Of a DNA stretch of 64,000 nucleotides, positions 26,115-34,038 are shown piece by piece. The notes under the pieces are model-generated. The model saw only the letters and a list, made by a program, of their open reading frames with translations, made no database searches and had not been told where the DNA came from. Position 1 is the stretch's first letter. Each line of letters begins with the position of its first letter. Both the position numbers and the translations under genes were made by a program. The DNA is from a virus, in the IMG/VR virus record IMGVR_UViG_3300009082_000002, positions 32,001 through 96,000 of that record. One strand, 5' to 3'.

Positions 26115-27569
26115 GTGTCGATGGCCAGTGCGTCAGCTAAAGCGATCCGTGTCGACGAGAAGGAAGAGCTCGTCCGCGCCTTTGGCGAGTATGAGGCCAT
26201 CTCCAATGAGACCCTACGACGCGAGATTCTGCTCAACAGCCGATTCGACCTGCTCGCGGAATACGTGCTTGGCATCGAGCTGGAGCAAGTCCACCGTGAG
26301 CTGATCGCATACGCGCTCGAACACCCGGAGTCTCTGCACCTTGCCTTCCGTGGTTGCGGGAAGACGACTTCCTTCGTCTGCGTGTACATTGTCGGCCGCT
26401 TGCTTCAGAACCCGGAGCTTTGTATCCTGATCGCATCGCGCGCCGGACAGTACGCCAAGGCGATCTTGAAAGAGGTCAAGGGCCACCTAGTCAGCGAGCG
26501 GCTGGTCAGGATCTTCGGCGAGCAGATTGGCGAGAAGTGGGAAGAGACCGAGATCGTCGTCGGGCGAAAGAAGCGAAATACGAAGGAAGCCTCGGTCACG
26601 GCGCTCGGCGCCGAGGGCTCGATGACCGGTCGGCACTTCGACATCATCTTCTTCGACGATGGCGTGGACTTGGCGAACAGCCGCACGCGTGGCCAGCGCG
26701 AGAAGATCAAGGAATTCTACTACACGACTCTCGACCCGTGCCTGAAGCCGGGTGGAGAGCGCAAGGTCGTCGGCACACGCTACCATCCGCACGACCTCTA
26801 TGGCTGGCTCTCCGCTCACGAGTACAAAGGTTGTGCGCAGATCCTTCCGGCCCTGCACGAGGTCCGCGATGGCGGCGGATCGGTCACATACTACTCCAGC
26901 GCGCCAAAGCGCTTCACAGTCGAGTACCTCCTGGGCAAGCGATCCACGATCCCGACCTTCTCGTGGGTCACGCAGTTCCAGTGCACGGCGGAGCGGTTCC
27001 AGGGCAAGGTCTTCAAGCCGGAGTACTTCGAGGCCGAGGGCTTCTTCTTCACCGGCCCATTGCCGACCGGCCCTCTCTTCCAGTCCGTCGACCCTGCCGT
27101 GACCGAGGACACAAAGAATGACTACTTCGCCCACATGACTGGCGTCGCTGATCACGAGGGCCACGTATGGGTCGACGTCTTCCACAACATCCGTATCGAG
27201 TTTCCGAAGCAATCGCAGTTTTGCCACGATGAATTTGAGGCGCGCGATCCGGTGCGACTTGGTATCGAGAGCAACGCATACCAGAAGGCGCTCGGCCAGC
27301 AAATTGTCGCCGACTACCCGGACCTCAAGGGCAAGGTGATCGGCGTTCCGACCGACAAGGACAAGATGACTCGGGCCCTGAAGTTGACAGCCTATTTTGA
27401 GGCGGGCAGAATCCACTTCAGACCGGAGCACAAGGAACTCGTCGAGCAACTGCTGGAGTTCCCGGACGGAGAACACGATGATCTTTTCGACGCCCTGTAT
27501 CTGCTAGTCTTGCTCGGGACGCGGATGCGGGTGAAGAAGAAGCGGCGCAAAGAGCCGGGCGTCCTTTGA
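26115..27569 (+). CDS. terL: Terminase large subunit
   Basis: Walker A AFRGCGKT, Walker B TGRHFDIIFFDD, GTRYH..D, nuclease VDPA / IESN / HDDLFDAL. Confidence 0.95.
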   Translation: MSMASASAKAIRVDEKEELVRAFGEYEAISNETLRREILLNSRFDLLAEYVLGIELEQVHRELIAYALEHPESLHLAFRGCGKTTSFVCVYIVGRLLQNPELCILIASRAGQYAKAILKEVKGHLVSERLVRIFGEQIGEKWEETEIVVGRKKRNTKEASVTALGAEGSMTGRHFDIIFFDDGVDLANSRTRGQREKIKEFYYTTLDPCLKPGGERKVVGTRYHPHDLYGWLSAHEYKGCAQILPALHEVRDGGGSVTYYSSAPKRFTVEYLLGKRSTIPTFSWVTQFQCTAERFQGKVFKPEYFEAEGFFFTGPLPTGPLFQSVDPAVTEDTKNDYFAHMTGVADHEGHVWVDVFHNIRIEFPKQSQFCHDEFEARDPVRLGIESNAYQKALGQQIVADYPDLKGKVIGVPTDKDKMTRALKLTAYFEAGRIHFRPEHKELVEQLLEFPDGEHDDLFDALYLLVLLGTRMRVKKKRRKEPGVL

Positions 27570-27580
27570 AGGGAGCAGGC

Positions 27581-29407
27581 ATGGCAGATCAGAAGGTGGT
27601 GAGGATGCGACGGCGCCCGGTCGTGGGCTCCGCGAAGTCTTCTCCCAGCGACGCAGTCGAGAGCGGTGCAGTTCACATCGTGGACCACGCGTCTCGAGCT
27701 GTCGTCAAGGCGCTGGTGATCGAGGCCGACGCGGAGAAGGTGCCGGTGCCGACGTCCCAGGTCATGCCCGACGATCCCTTTCAGTCGCTCCTCGACAACC
27801 GTCAGATCCTCGCGCCGCCACTCGACCCGCGGCTGCTCGCGTCGCTGTGGGAGTACAACTCCCACCTCGGCCCGTGCATCGCGACGATGATGGTCAACTG
27901 CGAGAGCTTCGGCTATCAGTTCGAGCCTCGCATCCGCGTCAACGAGGACACGTCGAAGGCGGTGCGCCAGCGCATCGAAGAGGAGCGCCTCATCCTCGAC
28001 AACTTCTTCGGCAACTGCGTGATCGAGGGCGACGACAGCTTCACCGGTCTACGGATGCGGAAGCGGCAAGACGAGGAGGCCATCGGCTTCGCGGCGTGGG
28101 AGGTCATCGAGGTCAACGGCGACCTTCTCGGCTTCAACTACATGCCAGCTCATACCGTCCGGCTGACGGGGCTCGACGAAAAGCGGGTCCGTATCGGGCG
28201 CAAGCTCCTCGTCCGCGGGGCCAGCGGTGTCTTCTCCTACGTCGAGCGACCGGTCTGGCGGCGGTTCCGCAAGTTCGTCCAGGTGCGCGGGACCAAGATG
28301 AGGTGGTTCAAGGAGTACGGCGACCCGCGCATGATGAACGCGGACTCTGGCGAGTACGTCGACGACCCCGCCAAGCTCCCGGTTCACAAGCGGGCCAACT
28401 CCGTCCTCTTCTTCGCGCTGCCCGCGCCGCGCACGCCATACGGCATCCCGCGCTACATCGGCAATCTTCTCGGGGTCTACGGCTCGCGCGCGACCGACGA
28501 GATCAACTTCTTCACCTTCGAGAGCAACAACGTGCCGTCGATGGTCGTGATGGTCAGCAACGGGATGCTGACCGAGGGCTCGGTGGATCGGATTCAGAAG
28601 TTCGTTGAAGCGCAGGCCAACGGCCAGCGGAACTACAGCCGCTTTCTCATCCTCGAAGCGGAGACCGACAGCGAAGGTCTCGGCGACCCGGGCCGCGTCG
28701 CGCTCCATATCGAGCCGCTCACGAATCAGCAGCGGACCGACGCTCTCTTCACCGAGTACAAGAAGCAGTGCAAGTCCGATGTGCGTCAGAGCTTTCGCAT
28801 CCCGGACCTTTTCTTCGGCGAAGCCTCATCGTCTGCCGGAGGCGCGGTCGGCGCGATGGAGATCATGAGAAAGCTCACGGATGAACAGGTCTTCATGCCG
28901 GAGCGCAACGCCTTCGACGACCGCATCAACAAGCTCATCATTCCGGCGCTGGGCGTGGTCTATCTGAAGTTCAAGAGCAACACGCCGGAGACGACGGACA
29001 ACAAGGATCTCATCCGCATTCTCGCAATGGCCGAGAAGTCCGGTGGCGTCACCCCACGGATCGCTCGCGAGGTACTCAACCGCGTGGTCGGGCAGAACCT
29101 CGGCGACGTCACGGATATCGAGCCCGACGTCCCCTTCTCGCTCCAGGTCGCGGAAGCTGCACGCAGTCAAGGCGATCCGCGCACAGCGCTCTCCGTGCCC
29201 GGTACCAACTCGCTCCGCAGGATGGGCGCGACGACCCGCGCCGAGCTAGGGCTGGAGTCCACGGCCAAGGCGGAGGACGGCGACGAACCGTGGGAAGGCG
29301 AGGCCGTCATCGCAAGCCTCGGCTTGCTCCACAACAAGATCGCCGAGGAGCAAGCTCGCCGCGCTGGCAAGATGGTCAAGCGCGAGCGGCCGAAGCCCGT
29401 CGAGTAG
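27581..29407 (+). CDS. Portal protein (PBSX-like)
   Basis: Follows TerL; IG.AAWEV, P.HTVR, YGIPRY, FF..N.VP, SFRIP motifs; GGAG SD. Confidence 0.9.
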   Translation: MADQKVVRMRRRPVVGSAKSSPSDAVESGAVHIVDHASRAVVKALVIEADAEKVPVPTSQVMPDDPFQSLLDNRQILAPPLDPRLLASLWEYNSHLGPCIATMMVNCESFGYQFEPRIRVNEDTSKAVRQRIEEERLILDNFFGNCVIEGDDSFTGLRMRKRQDEEAIGFAAWEVIEVNGDLLGFNYMPAHTVRLTGLDEKRVRIGRKLLVRGASGVFSYVERPVWRRFRKFVQVRGTKMRWFKEYGDPRMMNADSGEYVDDPAKLPVHKRANSVLFFALPAPRTPYGIPRYIGNLLGVYGSRATDEINFFTFESNNVPSMVVMVSNGMLTEGSVDRIQKFVEAQANGQRNYSRFLILEAETDSEGLGDPGRVALHIEPLTNQQRTDALFTEYKKQCKSDVRQSFRIPDLFFGEASSSAGGAVGAMEIMRKLTDEQVFMPERNAFDDRINKLIIPALGVVYLKFKSNTPETTDNKDLIRILAMAEKSGGVTPRIAREVLNRVVGQNLGDVTDIEPDVPFSLQVAEAARSQGDPRTALSVPGTNSLRRMGATTRAELGLESTAKAEDGDEPWEGEAVIASLGLLHNKIAEEQARRAGKMVKRERPKPVE

Positions 29408-29416
29408 GATCGAAGG

Positions 29417-32400
29417 ATGATCCTCGCAGCGCGCAAGCTAGGTCCGATGGATGCCATCTTCCGGTCGATGACCGACGAGCAACTTGCGACCGCGAAGGCG
29501 GTCGCTCGCGAAGCTCTCCAGTGGTCGGGCGTACTCAAGGCGGCAGATGTCTATCTCGGCGTCGACGAGGATCTCTCCGCGACGCTCCTGCACAAGTGGG
29601 ATGCCAAAGCGAAGGAGCAGATTGACAAAGGCGCCAAGGTGCTTGCGAAGGCGCAGAAGGGCGAGGTTGTCCAGTCCACGCTGAAGGGTACGTTGTGGAA
29701 GCTCGGCAAGGTGATGGGCGAGGAGTATGGCGAGGCCGTGTTGCCCGACTTCATCCGCGCGACGCTACTGACCTGGAGTCTGGCAAGCAAGGAAACGATG
29801 GGCCGACTTCAGCTCAAGTGGTCAACCGAACTTGTCGACCAGAACGCCGCAGCTCGGCTTTCCAAGTTCCACACCTATTGGGTCGGAAAGCACTACGAAA
29901 CTAGCATTGCGAATTCGCTCCAGATCGCCACGCGGCAGACCATCATCGAAGGCGGACTTGCTGGCACGCAGGCAGCCAACGCCTTCCGCGACATCGCCTC
30001 GAAGTACTTGGCCGGCAAGGGCGAGTCCTTCCCCGAGGTTCCGAAGGGCTGGACTGGCACGACGGACGAGTACTTTGCTGGGCTCGCGAATCACGTCGGC
30101 ACACAGGCCCGCGTCTTCAGCCGACTCGAATCCTACGAGCGCGTCGGGATCACGACCTACACCATCGTCGCCGTCCTCGACAACCGGACGAGCGATATTT
30201 GCCAGATGATGCACGGGCAGACATTCACGGTCGAGCAAGGTCTCGGCGTCGCGGAGACCTGGACGGAGGAGTACACTCCAGAGGCAGTCAAGGAGAAGGC
30301 CGGCTGGATGCGCGCGCAGGACGCAGCCAAGCTCGCCGGGCTGTCGGACTACAAGCCCGGCACGGTCTCACCAAAGATCAGCCCGAAGGGAATGGACGCA
30401 CTGGCCGAGGCTGGCATGGCGCTTCCGCCGTACCACTTCCGCTGCCGGACAGACATCGTCGCGGAGCAGGAGGTCATGACCTTCCCGAGCGGCGGCGAGC
30501 CGACTTACAAGCCGGTGAAGCCGCCGAAGGCCGAATCGCCGAAGCCGCCGCCGGCCGCGCCTACGCCGCCATCCAAGGCGACGGGCGGATTCCCGTGGCA
30601 GATGTCCCAGCTCACGTCGGTTGAGAAGTCCGCGAAGGGAATGCACGCCAAAGCCTTCTTCCACGACCCGGACGGCAACGAGTGGATGTTCAAGCCCGCG
30701 CCGGAGGGGCTGCGTTTTCGTGCAGAGGTCGAGAAGCTGGCTGCCGATGCGGCGCGCGCGCTCGAAGTCGACACGGCCGACGTCTTCATGGTTGAGCACG
30801 AAGGAAAGATCGGGACGATTCAACGCCTCTTCAAAGACATCAAGCACGACGGGCTCACCAAGGTCGGCGTCCAGGGCTTGACGCAGGAGCAGGTCGCACA
30901 GCTCCAGCGCCAGCACATTTTTGACTGGCTCATCGGGAACAACGACGGCCACATCGACAACTTCCTCGTCTTGAAGGACGGCAAGCTCGTCGGCATCGAC
31001 CGAGGGCAGGCCTTCCGCTATTTCAAGACAGACAAACTCGCGCTCGACTACAACCCCAATGCGCGCTATGGGATCAAGGTCTTCTACAACGACGTCTTCG
31101 CAGCGGCACGCGACGGCAAGTTGCCGACTGGCGTAGAGATGCTCGGGCTCGACGCGCCGGAGATTGCCAGTCTGGTTAAGAAGGCCGAGTCGCTGTCCGA
31201 CGAGCAGTGGCTTACGATCTGGCGGCCGTACATCGACGGCGCGATGAAGAACAAGAGCCTCGCCTACGGCTCGCGCGCCGCCTTTGAACGCGAGCTACTT
31301 CGACGGAAGAACCAGCTAGGGAGTGATCTCGACGAGTTCTATCGCGGCCTCCTCGGAAAAGGACGCGCGGCGCGTCGGACAGCGGAGACGCAGAAGGGTG
31401 TCCTGACTCCGGTTGACAAGTCCTTCGTGAGTGAGATGCAAGCCGCGAAGAACCGCGGCAAGTCCGTGCTCGTCGCGTCGGAAGAGATCGAAAACGGCAA
31501 CGTCCTCGTCTACACCTACGCGGACGGGACGGTCGTGGTCGAAGGCAAGATGCGGAAGCTCGCCGACGAGATGGTGCGGGCGCAGCTTGCTGGCCCGCAG
31601 GCTGCGGGCGCAACGCCGGGGACCGACTCGCTGTGGGACGACGTGCTCTCCTGCATCAAGTCTTTCAATCACCATCTCGGGCCAGGCGGCAGCGGTACGA
31701 TCCCGGACAGCAAGCAACGTCTTTTCGTGCGGACGCTCAACGCGGCAAAAAAACAATGGGCCGAAGGCTGGACCGTACCGGGCGGGACGCAGGCTGGACA
31801 GATGGGTGAATACTACGTCAAGCTCCTCCAGCAGTATGGGACCGAGTCGCTCGGGATGCGGCTGACCACAACGACAAAGAAAATGCTCGGCGTCAAGAAC
31901 CAGCCGTTCAAGGTGCCAGGCGTGAAGGCCAAGGCACTCGCTGGTCGCGTGAAGCGGTCGAGCATCGAGAGAATCTACGAGGAGGAGCGCAAGCTGGTCC
32001 GCGGAGTGATCAAGAACAAGCACGGCGAGATTGCGAGTCAGTCCACCTTCGGATGCGGAATGGATGAGACCAAAGAGATGATTGTGGCTGTGCTCGATGA
32101 CGGCACGGAGATCCACTACATCCCACACAACGGATATAGGCAGGGCCAGGCGTACTCGAAGCAAGGCCGCTTCAGGATTAAGGTGCAACCGGCTACCGGC
32201 GCGAAGGACGTCACGCCGAAGCAAGTCCAGAAGGCACTTGACGCCATCGGTGATCTCGGCGTCTCGCCGAAGCTGATGACCGAGGCCGACTTCGAGTTGC
32301 TCTACTTGCAGAAAAACCAGTTCGCGATGGGCTACGCGAACGATGCGGCTTTCGCCAACATCCCGGCCAACGGCTCAACCGAGGAAAAAATCCAGGCGTA

Positions 32401-33067
32401 CCTCGACGCCTTCAGAAAGAAGCTGCGGAAAAATCCGCGTTCGCTGCCCGGCTACGATCCGCGGCCGGTCTACTACAGCGGGGACAACGCGGGCATTCCG
32501 CGTTTCCGGCGTTTCGACATTGACCGGAAGAAGCTAGCAGAGGCGGACCTTGAATTCACACACAGAGTTCAAGGGGGCGCGGATGAAGTGCTTCTTTCGA
32601 TCATCGACGGAGAGTCTGGCGGCTTGATCTCGACGGAGGAGAAGCTCCGTCGCGGAGTTGAAATCAGCGGGATGAGCCCTGGCGAGGACCAGATGACCGG
32701 CGGTGCGCAATACGTTTTCGCGCGGGCGAAGGGGATTGGCCGGGAGCGCAACTGGAACATGATCATCTTTAAGAAGGAACTGGCACTCGACACGAACATG
32801 GTCTCCTATTCGACAGACAAATTCGGGTGTATGGAGCCAGGCAGGAAGGAAGCGACTCGCGCGAAGACGTTTCAGAAGTTGATGGGTTTCCGCAAATTCG
32901 ACGCTAATGAGTCGCTCATCAAAAACGAGATTCCGCTGGACATGTGGGAGCACGTCATCGTCAGGCGGTCCACGCGGGTCAAGCTACTCGATGAACTCGA
33001 AAAGCGTGGCGTGAAGACACTTGGCGGGAAGCCCGTCGAGGAGTTCGTGATCGGGCTCGGGAGGTGA
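29417..33067 (+). CDS. MuF (SPP1 gp7-like) head protein fused to a HipA/PI3-4-kinase-like domain and a C-terminal putative toxin domain
   Basis: AVLDNRTS.IC..MHG and PPYHFRCR (MuF); WMFKP, FDWLIGNNDGH.DN, IDRGQAF (kinase); position after portal. Confidence 0.85.
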   Translation: MILAARKLGPMDAIFRSMTDEQLATAKAVAREALQWSGVLKAADVYLGVDEDLSATLLHKWDAKAKEQIDKGAKVLAKAQKGEVVQSTLKGTLWKLGKVMGEEYGEAVLPDFIRATLLTWSLASKETMGRLQLKWSTELVDQNAAARLSKFHTYWVGKHYETSIANSLQIATRQTIIEGGLAGTQAANAFRDIASKYLAGKGESFPEVPKGWTGTTDEYFAGLANHVGTQARVFSRLESYERVGITTYTIVAVLDNRTSDICQMMHGQTFTVEQGLGVAETWTEEYTPEAVKEKAGWMRAQDAAKLAGLSDYKPGTVSPKISPKGMDALAEAGMALPPYHFRCRTDIVAEQEVMTFPSGGEPTYKPVKPPKAESPKPPPAAPTPPSKATGGFPWQMSQLTSVEKSAKGMHAKAFFHDPDGNEWMFKPAPEGLRFRAEVEKLAADAARALEVDTADVFMVEHEGKIGTIQRLFKDIKHDGLTKVGVQGLTQEQVAQLQRQHIFDWLIGNNDGHIDNFLVLKDGKLVGIDRGQAFRYFKTDKLALDYNPNARYGIKVFYNDVFAAARDGKLPTGVEMLGLDAPEIASLVKKAESLSDEQWLTIWRPYIDGAMKNKSLAYGSRAAFERELLRRKNQLGSDLDEFYRGLLGKGRAARRTAETQKGVLTPVDKSFVSEMQAAKNRGKSVLVASEEIENGNVLVYTYADGTVVVEGKMRKLADEMVRAQLAGPQAAGATPGTDSLWDDVLSCIKSFNHHLGPGGSGTIPDSKQRLFVRTLNAAKKQWAEGWTVPGGTQAGQMGEYYVKLLQQYGTESLGMRLTTTTKKMLGVKNQPFKVPGVKAKALAGRVKRSSIERIYEEERKLVRGVIKNKHGEIASQSTFGCGMDETKEMIVAVLDDGTEIHYIPHNGYRQGQAYSKQGRFRIKVQPATGAKDVTPKQVQKALDAIGDLGVSPKLMTEADFELLYLQKNQFAMGYANDAAFANIPANGSTEEKIQAYLDAFRKKLRKNPRSLPGYDPRPVYYSGDNAGIPRFRRFDIDRKKLAEADLEFTHRVQGGADEVLLSIIDGESGGLISTEEKLRRGVEISGMSPGEDQMTGGAQYVFARAKGIGRERNWNMIIFKKELALDTNMVSYSTDKFGCMEPGRKEATRAKTFQKLMGFRKFDANESLIKNEIPLDMWEHVIVRRSTRVKLLDELEKRGVKTLGGKPVEEFVIGLGR

Positions 33068-33073
33068 GCACCG

Positions 33074-33502
33074 ATGGGTCGGTACTCCACGCGTGGCGAC
33101 AAGGCAACCATGGCCGCGGCGCAGGCGCACTTCAACCAGCTCATCAAACGATACGGCGGGGTCGTCGTCGAGCCGTTCTTCGCTGACGAAGACGGCTCCG
33201 AGTTCGCTGCTGCCGGCTTGCTGCCGACCGACCTCGTGATTTTTGATGAGGACGACCGCCGCTTCGGCTGGAGCTTCGGAACTTGCCCGCACGTCCTTCG
33301 GTTCCACGAGGCGCGGATCGATGACGTCGATCTGATCTTGCTCGGGTACATGCGCGGCGACGACGAGCAGTTGACGGGCGTGGTCGTCTCTGGCATCCTC
33401 TTCGGCGTCGACGCGGAGACGCTCAAGCAGGGGAAGAAGGACGTCGGCGGGGAGCTGTGGAAGCAAGCGGAGGCTGACTTGCTGGAGGCGATGAGTGGCT
33501 GA
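33074..33502 (+). CDS. Acidic hypothetical protein, candidate immunity protein
   Basis: GGAGGTG SD; directly after the MuF fusion. Confidence 0.6.
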   Translation: MGRYSTRGDKATMAAAQAHFNQLIKRYGGVVVEPFFADEDGSEFAAAGLLPTDLVIFDEDDRRFGWSFGTCPHVLRFHEARIDDVDLILLGYMRGDDEQLTGVVVSGILFGVDAETLKQGKKDVGGELWKQAEADLLEAMSG

Positions 33503-33854
33503 CCGGACCTACACCGCGGTTTTCGTCCAGCGAATGGAAGCCGACGACCTCACTACCATCGCCGCGCTCGCCTTCTGGGAACGTGACGCCTGTGTACTCC
33601 CGGTCCCTGGCTTCGAGCAAGCCGCGCTTCTCTGGCACCATCGCCTTCTCGTGGCCAGACAGCACGGCGTCACGCCCCAGGAATTCTATGAGGAGTGGGA
33701 CGGGCACAACGGCGTGACCTACGGCTTCGGACCGCCGGAGCGGGTGCGCGCCCGAAGCGCGGCTGACGCCTGCCGGAAGGTACTCGCACAGCACCCGAAC
33801 TTCGGCGGCACCGTCAATTGGGATTCCGCGCAGGAGTTCGGCCCGCAGCCGTAG
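33495..33854 (+). CDS. Hypothetical protein, candidate immunity protein
   Basis: GGAGG SD; overlaps the upstream stop. Confidence 0.55.
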   Translation: MADRTYTAVFVQRMEADDLTTIAALAFWERDACVLPVPGFEQAALLWHHRLLVARQHGVTPQEFYEEWDGHNGVTYGFGPPERVRARSAADACRKVLAQHPNFGGTVNWDSAQEFGPQP

Positions 33855-33864
33855 CGGAGGGGCG

Positions 33865-34038
33865 ATGAGCAGAGATCCGCTTGTTGAGATCGAGCAGCGC
33901 TACCGCGCGAAGAGGCTCTCCGCTCTCGGCCTCGCCAGCATCATCAGACGAGCCTGCGACACCTTTGAGGCATCCGAGCGACTGCGCAAGCGTTGGTCCG
34001 CACGCAAGGCCGTGATCGATCAGGAGGCCGGTCGATGA
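33865..34038 (+). CDS. 57-aa hypothetical protein (not in ORF track)
   Basis: GGAGGGG SD, ATG 33865, stop overlaps the polyprotein ATG (ATGA). Confidence 0.5.
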   Translation: MSRDPLVEIEQRYRAKRLSALGLASIIRRACDTFEASERLRKRWSARKAVIDQEAGR

